Source of the DNA: Candidatus Hermodarchaeota archaeon
GTDB taxonomy: Archaea; Asgardarchaeota; Lokiarchaeia; Sigyniarchaeales; SOKP01
Length of the DNA: 22,633 nucleotides
NCBI GenBank assembly: GCA_048885535.1
Contig: JBHLLO010000046.1
Coordinates: 1-22,633 of the forward strand
Reading direction: 5' to 3'
Shown here: one piece after another, positions 8,287 through 16,954 of the stretch
Layout: the number at the start of each line of letters is the position of its first letter
How positions within the stretch are numbered: the stretch's first letter is position 1
Program-made: the position numbers and the translations under genes
The notes under the pieces: generated by a model
Database searches by the model: none
Told to the model about the DNA's origin: nothing
Seen by the model: only the letters and a program-made list of their open reading frames with translations

Positions 8287-8383
8287 TTCTTTTTTTCAAA
8301 ATTTTTCCTCATTCTTGTATAAAAAATCATTGTATTTTTAAAACTAGATGTAGAAAAAGTGTCAAGAAAAATTTTCTATAAAA

Positions 8384-9220
8384 ATGATTTTAATGTGGTC
8401 TCAATACGCAAGGTTTAGAAACTTTAAGATATCCATATTAAGTATCGCTCTTCTCTTATTAACTGCATTTTCAGGATTATATTGGATTTTCTGGGATACA
8501 ATCACTAACGTAATTGTTGTTAATAATTTATTATTAGGAATTTTTATTTACCCCATCAAAATTACGATCTTAGCCGCCATGAGCCTATTTTTATACAGGA
8601 AATGGTTTAAACAAAACGCGATCTACATAACGGATGCATATTTTTGTTTTGGGTCCTTCTTTGGAATTTGGGTATTTGGCAAAATATTTGATGTTCTTCT
8701 AAACTTATTATGGTTGAGTGGAACATTTGATACCATACGATTATTTCTGATGAAAATTCGATATACAGTAATAGTAATTAATATCCTTCCAATTCTCTAT
8801 ATTGGATTAGAAGCATTACTAGTCTTCATAGAACTGAGGTCAAAAGGCAAAAAAACGAAATCTGAGGCGAATAAAATAAGATACTCTTTTATGGGAGGTT
8901 ATGTTGTCATCCTATTGGTATTAATTTGGTTTGCAAATAGCGTTAACCTTTTAGTCAGTTTACTCCCTATTGCAACTTTTATTATATATTTACTATTGAT
9001 GATAATGTTCTTCTTTATGTACCGAAATAAGAGATTATCTCAAGCCAATTCTCTGATTATAGGAATAGCTTTTCTACTTTTAATCCTTTCAAATATCATT
9101 CGAGCAATTTTTACATCCTCATATGAATCGTGGAGTATTATACTAACAGAGATAATTGATACTATAATAATTGGAGTTCTTTTTACTGGGTTTATTACAA
9201 AACCGAAATATGCAAAATAA
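8384..9220 (+). CDS. Uncharacterised polytopic membrane protein (about 7-8 TM)
   Basis: 278 aa of alternating hydrophobic segments and basic loops. No family motif recognised. Confidence 0.75.
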   Translation: MILMWSQYARFRNFKISILSIALLLLTAFSGLYWIFWDTITNVIVVNNLLLGIFIYPIKITILAAMSLFLYRKWFKQNAIYITDAYFCFGSFFGIWVFGKIFDVLLNLLWLSGTFDTIRLFLMKIRYTVIVINILPILYIGLEALLVFIELRSKGKKTKSEANKIRYSFMGGYVVILLVLIWFANSVNLLVSLLPIATFIIYLLLMIMFFFMYRNKRLSQANSLIIGIAFLLLILSNIIRAIFTSSYESWSIILTEIIDTIIIGVLFTGFITKPKYAK

Positions 9221-9368
9221 AATTATATTTCTAATCTTTATTTTCTTCTATTTTATTAAAAAAAAATTTTAGCTTTTTCAAAAAATTTCTACTTAACTTT
9301 TTTAATAAAGAATACGTAAGTTAATTGTAAAAGAATAATTATTTTCCACTCTTAATGAGACTTTTATT

Positions 9369-10598
9369 ATGAGTAAGGAATTAAAAGATTTGATTGATAA
9401 GGCTGAAGAAGAACAACAGAGTAGAGCCTATTTGGAAAAAACTATTGAGAAATTGCAACTTGAAGTTGATAAATTAAAAAGTAAGTTGAATGCTCAAAAA
9501 ATCCCTTTTAAACCAACTCCTATCAAACATATCACGGAAGAGAGCGAATCTGAAGAAATATTAATACTAAAAAAGACGATTTTCTCTCTCAGCGAGAAGT
9601 TAGAGAAAAGAGAAGAAGAAAAAGAACTCTTACAAGATAAAGTAAAGGATTTAACTTTAGAATTAGATGAATTAAAAGAAAGTTTATCCGATTCATTGAA
9701 AGATGAAATGCTTTCGAGAACTCAAAATTCATTAAATACTTTAATTCAAGATTATGGTAGATTAGAACAAGAAAATAAATCCTTAAAGAAAAAAGTTTTT
9801 GAATTATCGAAAGAAATTGAGGGTGCGACAATAATAGAATCATCTCTTCAATCCGAAAGTTCAAAAAATGAACAATTGAAAAACGAAATTGTAAAACTTA
9901 AACAGAACATAGCTAATTTAGAAAGATCAAATAAATCTCTTGCAACAAATTTAGATTTAATAAAAACTAAACAAGTTTCTGCTGAAGAATTGGATAAAAT
10001 AGTTGAATCTCTTAAGGTGAATAATTTAAATCTAGAAGAAGAAAATAAAGCTCTCAATGAAAAACTAAATGCATTAAAAAGAGAAAAACTCAAAATTTTC
10101 AAATTAGAATCTCAAATTTCTGATCTAGGCCACCAAATTGAAGAATTACAACTGAAGAATAAAGAATTACGGGAAAAAGACACAATCTTGTTGGCTAAAA
10201 CTATAACAGCACTTCAACATCATGATAAAAAGGAGAGTGTAAAACCCGAATCAAAATCCATTGAGTTAACACCAATAACTGAAGATAGTATTGAGGAACA
10301 GGAAGCCGTAATAACTAAAATCAAAGAATTATCAACAAATGTTATAAAACCTTATATTGCTGATGCTGTAATAGAATCAAGAAAAATAACAAAAGAAGAA
10401 GAAGTGCTTGAAACAGAAGAACTTGAAGAAGAGGAGGAAGAATCTGATTTTACAAGAAAATGGCAGTGCCCAAATTGTGGAAACTCTAATAAGACACATA
10501 TAAGGGAAATAGATGATAAAACGCGATTAATTTTTGCATACCCAAAAATTTATGCTAAAAAGTATAAATGTGGGCAATGTGGAGCTGAATGGAAGTAA
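9369..10598 (+). CDS. Long coiled-coil protein with acidic linker and C-terminal Zn ribbon
   Basis: About 280 aa of E/K/L-rich heptads, then EEEVLETEELEEEEEE, then CPNCG...CGQCGAEWK. Confidence 0.85.
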   Translation: MSKELKDLIDKAEEEQQSRAYLEKTIEKLQLEVDKLKSKLNAQKIPFKPTPIKHITEESESEEILILKKTIFSLSEKLEKREEEKELLQDKVKDLTLELDELKESLSDSLKDEMLSRTQNSLNTLIQDYGRLEQENKSLKKKVFELSKEIEGATIIESSLQSESSKNEQLKNEIVKLKQNIANLERSNKSLATNLDLIKTKQVSAEELDKIVESLKVNNLNLEEENKALNEKLNALKREKLKIFKLESQISDLGHQIEELQLKNKELREKDTILLAKTITALQHHDKKESVKPESKSIELTPITEDSIEEQEAVITKIKELSTNVIKPYIADAVIESRKITKEEEVLETEELEEEEEESDFTRKWQCPNCGNSNKTHIREIDDKTRLIFAYPKIYAKKYKCGQCGAEWK

Positions 10599-10671
10599 GC
10601 TAATTTAAAATCCACTTTAGAATCAAGAATTAGATATTAACAAAAAAAATAGAATTGGTTTTAAAATTCAT

Positions 10672-11070
10672 TTATTTCTTCTCTTCTCTCCAATAAAAAA
10701 TGGTATCAATAATAGCCATTACAAGGATTACTACATTATCTATCCAATGAAATATAATGTTAGTTGGTGAACGTGTAATATAAATTGCGGTTGTAATGTT
10801 AATAATGAATGTAACAAATAGAACAGTGATAGCAAATAGAAATAATAACTTGAAATTATCCCAATCTCCTTTTATTAATCCCATTATCCCTCCTATTCCA
10901 AGAGTAACACATACTCCCCCCCAAAGTCGCCAAAAATGGGGATCAAAATATGGAGCATCATTTAAAGCATAGTTAATTTCTGGAAGGAAGAGATACAAAA
11001 TGCCATAGATTAATGCAATCACTACATTGATAGCTAAGAGAATTTTCAATCCTTTTGACATTTCTGCCAT
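10672..11070 (-). CDS. Small 4-TM membrane protein
   Basis: 132 aa, four hydrophobic helices, AAGGTG SD upstream of the ATG. Confidence 0.8.
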   Translation of the reverse strand: MAEMSKGLKILLAINVVIALIYGILYLFLPEINYALNDAPYFDPHFWRLWGGVCVTLGIGGIMGLIKGDWDNFKLLFLFAITVLFVTFIINITTAIYITRSPTNIIFHWIDNVVILVMAIIDTIFYWREEKK

Positions 11071-11219
11071 ATTTAAACACCTTGAATTTCATTTCCATTA
11101 AAAAATGATCAAATTAAAATAAGAAGGATTGGCATAAAAAGCTTCACATAAGTGTAAAAGTTATTGTTTAAATCGTAATAAGAATTATATACCTTATTTA
11201 GGGAAAAAAAGGCTAGAAT

Positions 11220-12020
11220 ATGTCAATTATTGGAATTGATTATAATAAGTGTAATAATTGCAAAGTTTGTTTAATTACCTGTATTTTTTTCAGATTTAAT
11301 CGAGAAACAGAAAAAATAGAATTTAAAGATGCCCAGGGCTTTTGTAACTTGTGTGGTCATTGTATTGCACGATGTAGTGAAGATGCAATATTATATGAAA
11401 ATCTAGGGGAAGCTATAGAGTTTGAAGGAGTTGAAAAACCAGAAGAAGTAATCAATTATGATAAATTATATGACTTTATGAGAGCTCATCGCTCGACTCG
11501 TCGCTATCGAAAAAGAAAAGTACCTAATGAACTTTTAAATAAGGTATTTAACGCTATGAGTTATGCCCCTACTGGAGATAATATGAGATCAGAGACTTTT
11601 TCTATTATTTCAGATCAAGACCAAATAAAGCAAATCAATGATGCTGTTATTCAAGAGTTATTAAAAGATGAATTTATGAAAGAACGATATGGAAAGCTAT
11701 TTGCTCTTATGGGAAGAGCCTTTCGTAGTCCTATTTACTTTGATGCGCCTCATGTCATATTTGTATCATCACCTCATAAAAGTGAAGTTGAAATGAATAA
11801 CATCGGGATTATAATTACATATGGGCGATTAGCAGCACAATCACTTGGATTAGGGACATGTTGGAACGGTTGGACTCAAATTGCAATGAGACTTAACCCC
11901 CAATTAAAGAAATTAGCAAATGTTGATGGTGAAATAATAGGAGTATTTATTATAGGGTATCCTGCAGTGAAATTTCATCGTATTGCTCCTCGAACTCTGA
12001 AACAAGTTAATGGGCTTTAA
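11220..12020 (+). CDS. Nitroreductase-family protein with N-terminal 4Fe-4S ferredoxin domain
   Basis: CNNCKVCLITC and CNLCGHCIARC, RSTRRY FMN-binding motif, APTGDN, AAQSLGLGTCW, IIGYP. Confidence 0.92.
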   Translation: MSIIGIDYNKCNNCKVCLITCIFFRFNRETEKIEFKDAQGFCNLCGHCIARCSEDAILYENLGEAIEFEGVEKPEEVINYDKLYDFMRAHRSTRRYRKRKVPNELLNKVFNAMSYAPTGDNMRSETFSIISDQDQIKQINDAVIQELLKDEFMKERYGKLFALMGRAFRSPIYFDAPHVIFVSSPHKSEVEMNNIGIIITYGRLAAQSLGLGTCWNGWTQIAMRLNPQLKKLANVDGEIIGVFIIGYPAVKFHRIAPRTLKQVNGL

Positions 12021-12190
12021 ACACATCCAGTAGTTAATTTTTAACTCTTAAGTTCATACTTAATTTATTTCTTAATTGAAGTTAAACTAATTATGAATTG
12101 TTTCTGACTTTTCTATGAGTCTTAAAAAAAGAATTTATTCCTTTGATTTATATAAAAAAAAAGCGGAAATCCCACAAAATCATAAAAAAG

Positions 12191-12223
12191 TTCTGAAAAG
12201 AACCCCATTTTATCTTTTCTGAA
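12191..12223 (-). terminator. Candidate hairpin plus U-tracts downstream of the cold-shock gene
   Basis: TTCTGAAAAGA-N11-TCTTTTCTGAA (1 mismatch), followed on the minus strand by T6 (12184-12189) and T9 (12154-12162). Confidence 0.35.
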
Positions 12224-12264
12224 ATTTCCTATTGATTTACACTTACTTTATTAATTAGATCTAA

Positions 12265-12519
12265 TTAATAACGTTTTTTCTTTGGTTTAAAACTCGGTCG
12301 ACTAACTTTTTCGGTGATTTTTAGATTACTGGCTTGAGGACCTTTAGATCCGTCGAGAATTTCAAACTCAACTTTATCGCCCTCATATAATGCTTTAAAT
12401 TCGTTTCCCTCATCTTTAATTGCTGAAAAATGTACAAACACATCAGCAGCTCCGTCGTCTCGAGTAATAAAACCGTAGCCTTTACGGCGATCAAACCATT
12501 TTACTTTTCCTTTTACCAT
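12265..12519 (-). CDS. csp: Cold-shock domain protein (CspA family) with basic C-terminal tail
   Basis: [18 protein letters not shown] (RNP1), DVFVHFSAI (RNP2), [16 protein letters not shown]. Likely start ATG 12519. Confidence 0.95.
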   Translation of the reverse strand: MVKGKVKWFDRRKGYGFITRDDGAADVFVHFSAIKDEGNEFKALYEGDKVEFEILDGSKGPQASNLKITEKVSRPSFKPKKKRY

Positions 12520-12541
12520 TGAAAAAACCCAATGCGTAAAT

Positions 12542-12568
12542 TGAGTACACACTTAATTAATGTACTCA
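12542..12568 (-). promoter_or_regulatory. Inverted repeat TGAGTACA-N11-TGTACTCA upstream of csp
   Basis: Perfect 8-bp arms at 12542-12549 and 12561-12568, 22 nt upstream of the ATG. Confidence 0.55.
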
Positions 12569-12646
12569 CAAATTAGTAAAAAGTAACCATTCCAAATAAA
12601 CTTATTACAAAGAATAGTTCTGATAGGAGGATTTTTTCTTTGTTTT

Positions 12647-13147
12647 CTAGAATTCGTAAAAACATTTAGTACAAACTCTCTTTTTCGCATAAATTCTTCG
12701 AGGCACATAACTCAGTAATCGAGATTTATCATCGACTTCTTTTATAGCAAAACCAGAAGCTCCGCATTTAGGACATTCTCTTTTATGAAAAGTTGTATTT
12801 GCACTTGTAGTTACAATTGGATTCTCTGTTTGATGAATTACTGGACCTTGGGTTGCTTGTTGACCATAGTATGGGGATTGAGTTGGTTGTTGTTGGTAAT
12901 TTTCATTTTGAGGAGATTGAGAAGTTTGAGTTGGTTGTTGACTATAATATGGAGATTGATTTGGTTGCTGGTATACATTTTCCTTTTGAGCTTTTAACCG
13001 TAGGTTTTCATTATAGAGTTGATTTATTTGATCATCCTTTTCTTTAACAAGTATTTGAAGTTGATTTACCTGATTTTGTAATTCTGAAATTTGGTAATTA
13101 AGTTCATTAATCCTTCTCTCATAATCTTCGATATTTGAATACATCAT
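12647..13147 (-). CDS. Coiled-coil + Q/Y/P-rich repeat + C-terminal Zn ribbon protein
   Basis: N-terminal heptads, two QQPxQSPYYxQQxTQ units, CPKCG...CTKCFYEF. AAGGTG SD upstream. Confidence 0.85.
   Translation of the reverse strand: MMYSNIEDYERRINELNYQISELQNQVNQLQILVKEKDDQINQLYNENLRLKAQKENVYQQPNQSPYYSQQPTQTSQSPQNENYQQQPTQSPYYGQQATQGPVIHQTENPIVTTSANTTFHKRECPKCGASGFAIKEVDDKSRLLSYVPRRIYAKKRVCTKCFYEF
12848..12982 (-). repeat. Intragenic imperfect duplication of a 19-codon unit (78-nt period)
   Basis: ENVYQQPNQSPYYSQQPTQ (12926-12982) and ENYQQQPTQSPYYGQQATQ (12848-12904). Confidence 0.75.
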
Positions 13148-13302
13148 ATGCTGTTCGCACCTTTTATGAAATTACATCTAAATTATTAATCGACAAATAA
13201 ATATTAGCATAGGTTATTATTTAAAAATTCTTAAATCACGGATTTTTTATTTTAGAATTAAGAAGAATATTAATAAAATCATTGAATTTTTATTAAATAA
13301 GG

Positions 13303-14820
13303 ATGACCTCAATTACTATTTACGATGGAGCGAACACAATAGGTGGAAATAAAATATATTTACAAGAAGGGGATCACGGCTTATTTCTCGATTTTGGGAT
13401 GAATTTTAAAAAATATAACAATTACTTTCAAGAATATTTAAAGGAACGTTATTCTCGGGGAATTTATGATCTTCTTCATCTTAATTTGATTCCCAAATTA
13501 AGAAATTATAGAAAAGATTTAATTCCTTCTGATATTGATATTTCTAATTTCCCTTCATTAAATATCGACGCTGTAGTATTAAGTCATGCTCATATGGATC
13601 ATTTTGGAAATATCTCTTTACTTGATGAATCAATTCCTGTTATAGCTTCTCCCATCAGCATTACATTACTAAAAGCTATTCGTGATAGCTCAAAAGCGAG
13701 CTTAAATAATGAAGTTGCATATTTTACAAAGAAAATTAGAGCGAAAGATAATAGAATTTTGATAAGTGATAAAGCAAATATTTATTGTAGACAATTTTTT
13801 AGTACTAAAAAATTTCCTGACACTCTTGAAAATTTCTTATCTATCCGTTTTAGAAAAACTGAATCTGAAAAAGGGGATTTGTGTGTACTGAATGATTTTT
13901 CCACACCTTTTCAAATTGAAGCATTTGAGGTAGATCATTCAATATTTGGCGCTACAGCCTATATTATTAATGGAGAATATGTCGTGGCATACACTGGTGA
14001 TTTACGATTGCATGGAAGAAAATCTGATTCTAGCAAAGAGTTTATAGATAGATCAAAAGATGCTTCTGTTTTAATTATTGAAGGAACACGAGCTAAGAAA
14101 AAAGACTTTAACGAGCCTGAAGAAATTGTTTACCAAAACTGCCTTAAGCTAGTTGAAATATCAAAAGGGTTGGTTATTGCAGACTTTACTGCTAGAAACT
14201 TTGAGAGATTAGAATCTTTTCACGAAATTGCTAAGAAAGTCGGTAAAGAGTTAGTTATAACTTCTAAAGATGCTTATTTGCTAAAAGCGATTGAAAAAGT
14301 TGATGGAATTAATCGAACAAAAGATATGTTAATATATAATATGTTGAAAGCAAGACCTTTAAGCTGGGAAAATTACCTCCTTAAAAATGAGACAGGGATA
14401 CAACTAATAGATCCTATTGAGATATCAAGAAATCCAGAACAATATTTACTTTGCTTCTCTTTTTTCGATATTAAAAATCTGTTAGACATTAAACCTATTA
14501 GGGGTACTTACATATATTCCTCAAGTGAAGCATTTGAAGAAGAATCAGAATTTGATTTTTTAAGATTAAATACCTGGCTTAAACATTTTGGGTTTGAGAT
14601 TTATGGTTTTGAAATAGTTGAAAAAGATGAAAAGTTAAAACCTGAATTTGTTAGAGGATTTCACGCATCTGGGCATTTATCGCAAAGTGAAATCAGATGG
14701 GTGATTGAGAGAATTGATCCAGATATTATAATCCCAATTCATACAGATAATCCGAAATGGTTCGAAAAGAATTATGATAATGTTGTCCTCTTGCAAGATG
14801 GTCAAAGCTATTCTATATAA
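13303..14820 (+). CDS. Beta-CASP metallo-beta-lactamase-fold ribonuclease (RNase J-related)
   Basis: IGGN, LDFG, SHAHMDH, VDHS, YTGDLRLHG, LIIEGT, FHASGH, IIPIH. Confidence 0.88.
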   Translation: MTSITIYDGANTIGGNKIYLQEGDHGLFLDFGMNFKKYNNYFQEYLKERYSRGIYDLLHLNLIPKLRNYRKDLIPSDIDISNFPSLNIDAVVLSHAHMDHFGNISLLDESIPVIASPISITLLKAIRDSSKASLNNEVAYFTKKIRAKDNRILISDKANIYCRQFFSTKKFPDTLENFLSIRFRKTESEKGDLCVLNDFSTPFQIEAFEVDHSIFGATAYIINGEYVVAYTGDLRLHGRKSDSSKEFIDRSKDASVLIIEGTRAKKKDFNEPEEIVYQNCLKLVEISKGLVIADFTARNFERLESFHEIAKKVGKELVITSKDAYLLKAIEKVDGINRTKDMLIYNMLKARPLSWENYLLKNETGIQLIDPIEISRNPEQYLLCFSFFDIKNLLDIKPIRGTYIYSSSEAFEEESEFDFLRLNTWLKHFGFEIYGFEIVEKDEKLKPEFVRGFHASGHLSQSEIRWVIERIDPDIIIPIHTDNPKWFEKNYDNVVLLQDGQSYSI

Positions 14821-14832
14821 AAAGTGTAGATT

Positions 14833-15768
14833 TTACAATTCGACTGTCTTTATTTTATAATTAAGCAATTCAAACCCTGCTTTAATCATATCTGGAACGT
14901 TATGGTCTATACCAAATGTTATATAAGGTAAAGAATTGCGCCCATATAAGAATTTCATTCGTTCTTTAAAACTAAAATCTATTTTCCTTTGATAAGATGA
15001 AAGTACATTTTCTAAAAAGAAATTACCCTCTTCATAAAATAAAAAATCGGCAGCAGGATCGTAAATTCTTGAATCTTCAAAGTCAATAATTCCAGTTATT
15101 TCAAAAGTTTTAGGATCTACGAGAATATTTGATGTATCAAAATCTCCATGTATCAAAGTAGGCTTAAATTTGAAATTTTCTTCCCTTTCAAAAAATTTTG
15201 TAAAAAGTTTATTTAACCATTCTTTTTGGGCTGAATTCATTATAGGAAATATCGTAGTTTGAATTTCTTGATAATAATTACTCCATTCTTTTTTATATTG
15301 CTTTGAAGAGTAAGATTGTTTTGCTTCATTTAAGACAATATCATGAAGCTTATCTGAGTGAAGTTGAGACAAAAAAAATCCAATTTGTTTAGCAATTTTT
15401 TTTTTTTGGTTTTTTGAAGTCTTTTCAAAGCATTGTGATAATCTAGTTCCTTGAATTTTCTCATAACCGACAAATGGATTATCAGGCTCCGTTGAAATAT
15501 AAATTGGGTTGGGAATCGAGAATGGTACATATCCCTTAATAATATTTAACATTAGAATTTCTCGCTCAATCAATTGTATTCCATTTATATTTCTAAAATG
15601 GATATCCGGAAAACGAAAGATAAATCTGCTTTTAACTTCAAATACATTGTAAGTTCCATGGTACAGGAATTTAACCTCCTCTTTCTCAATATCATGGAAG
15701 AATACGTATAGCGAATCAAGCACTTCTGATAATGATATATCCTGTTTTCTATTTTCCTCAAAAAACAT
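14833..15768 (-). CDS. Aminoglycoside phosphotransferase/choline kinase-like protein
   Basis: HGTYNVFEV...IFRFP N-lobe, Brenner motif LIHGDFDTSNILVD, GIIDFED and DPAADF. Confidence 0.88.
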   Translation of the reverse strand: MFFEENRKQDISLSEVLDSLYVFFHDIEKEEVKFLYHGTYNVFEVKSRFIFRFPDIHFRNINGIQLIEREILMLNIIKGYVPFSIPNPIYISTEPDNPFVGYEKIQGTRLSQCFEKTSKNQKKKIAKQIGFFLSQLHSDKLHDIVLNEAKQSYSSKQYKKEWSNYYQEIQTTIFPIMNSAQKEWLNKLFTKFFEREENFKFKPTLIHGDFDTSNILVDPKTFEITGIIDFEDSRIYDPAADFLFYEEGNFFLENVLSSYQRKIDFSFKERMKFLYGRNSLPYITFGIDHNVPDMIKAGFELLNYKIKTVEL

Positions 15769-15809
15769 AATCGAATCTCACTTTAAATAATGCTCAAAAA
15801 TAAGCATTC

Positions 15810-16832
15810 TCACTTCAGCCTGACTCTGGGATCAAGCGCACCAATAATAAAATCCGCGAAAAGATTTAAAATGATAACTGAGAGTGAAAAAGCAAATACA
15901 ATTGCAATAATTAAGGGATAATCTGAATATCTGACAGCTTGTCGAAACATAAAACCTAATCCAGGGAAATTATAAATTATTTCTACCCCAATCATCCCTC
16001 CCAAGACTATGGGAAATCCCATTGCTGAAACCGTAACAATAGGCGGTAACGCGTTTTTTACAGCGTGCTTTTTAACTATTTGCTTTCTTGGACATCCTTT
16101 TGCTTCTGCTGTTCTAATATGGTCCATTTGAAGGACCTCTAAGAGACTAGATCTTGTATGTCTAACGATTGCTACCATCTGAACTATTACCATAGCAGAA
16201 ACAGGGACTATTATGTGCCATACATAATCTGTAAAAAGATAAATTTGTTTAGATAAGAGAGAATCAATTAACCTGGATCCAGTTACTCGGGGTGGATCAG
16301 GATATCTTAAGTTTTTATATCCAAACATAGGGAATATTTTGAAGGGAGTAAAGATATATACCTGCATAAAAAATATTACTACTACAAAACCTGGAATGGA
16401 AATAAAGAAATAGCTAAAAATCCTTATCACTTTGTCTCTAATTGAATTTTTATTAGACGCTGATAACTTTCCTAGCCAAAATCCAAATAATATAGCAATT
16501 ATCATACTAATTATCGTAACTTCCAATGTTCTTGGTAGATGAGTATTAATTAACTCCCAGATGGGATAATCTTCTTGCACTGAAAGAGAAACTCCCCAAT
16601 TACCTGTTAAGATATCCCCCATATAAACAAAGAATTGAACGATAATGGGTTGATCTAATCCTAAACGTTTCCTTTCTCGGTAATAATCTTGAAGAGTTGC
16701 TTTTTCAGGTAAACGCATCCATACTGGATCTCCTGGTATCATTCTCGATAAGAAAAAGGTAATAACAATAATACCAAAAATTGTAATCAATGATAAAAAT
16801 ATCCGCTTAATCATATATTTCAGATATTTCAT
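15810..16832 (-). CDS. dppB: Peptide/nickel ABC transporter permease, DppB/OppB-type (copy 1)
   Basis: PGDP, LGLDQP, GNWGVS, LPRTLE, EAA loop DHIRTAEAKG, NFPGLG, DYP, LDPR. Confidence 0.92.
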   Translation of the reverse strand: MKYLKYMIKRIFLSLITIFGIIVITFFLSRMIPGDPVWMRLPEKATLQDYYRERKRLGLDQPIIVQFFVYMGDILTGNWGVSLSVQEDYPIWELINTHLPRTLEVTIISMIIAILFGFWLGKLSASNKNSIRDKVIRIFSYFFISIPGFVVVIFFMQVYIFTPFKIFPMFGYKNLRYPDPPRVTGSRLIDSLLSKQIYLFTDYVWHIIVPVSAMVIVQMVAIVRHTRSSLLEVLQMDHIRTAEAKGCPRKQIVKKHAVKNALPPIVTVSAMGFPIVLGGMIGVEIIYNFPGLGFMFRQAVRYSDYPLIIAIVFAFSLSVIILNLFADFIIGALDPRVRLK

Positions 16833-16954
16833 AAAAAGTTCGATAAATTAAGTAAATTTTAATTCAAGGAAAAAAAGATCTTTATCTTATTTAATTTAAT
16901 GAAAAAATTTACAATCAGAATTCGTCTTTACATTATTGTGAATAATGCATTTAA

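Noticed and set aside
8351-8378. Short AT-rich inverted repeat TAGAAAA...TTTTCTA, and similar ones near 10602-10668 and 12030-12046
   Set aside because: Arms are short, imperfect or nearly all A/T, as expected by chance at this base composition.
9589-10102. ORFs 9589..9864 (-) and 9848..10102 (-)
   Set aside because: L/F/S-rich antisense products of the E/K-rich coiled-coil gene.
9369-10598. SMC/Rad50 or ESCRT-III assignment for the coiled-coil protein
   Set aside because: No Walker A/B motifs, hinge or central zinc hook, and the length and architecture do not fit Snf7.
12520-12552. N-terminal extension [11 protein letters not shown] of the cold-shock ORF
   Set aside because: The Csp fold starts at MVKGKVKWF, and the extension overlaps the upstream inverted repeat, so it is probably untranslated.
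12785-13047. ORFs 12785..12997 (+) and 12817..13047 (+)
   Set aside because: Antisense to the Q-rich repeat; their apparent periodicity mirrors that repeat.
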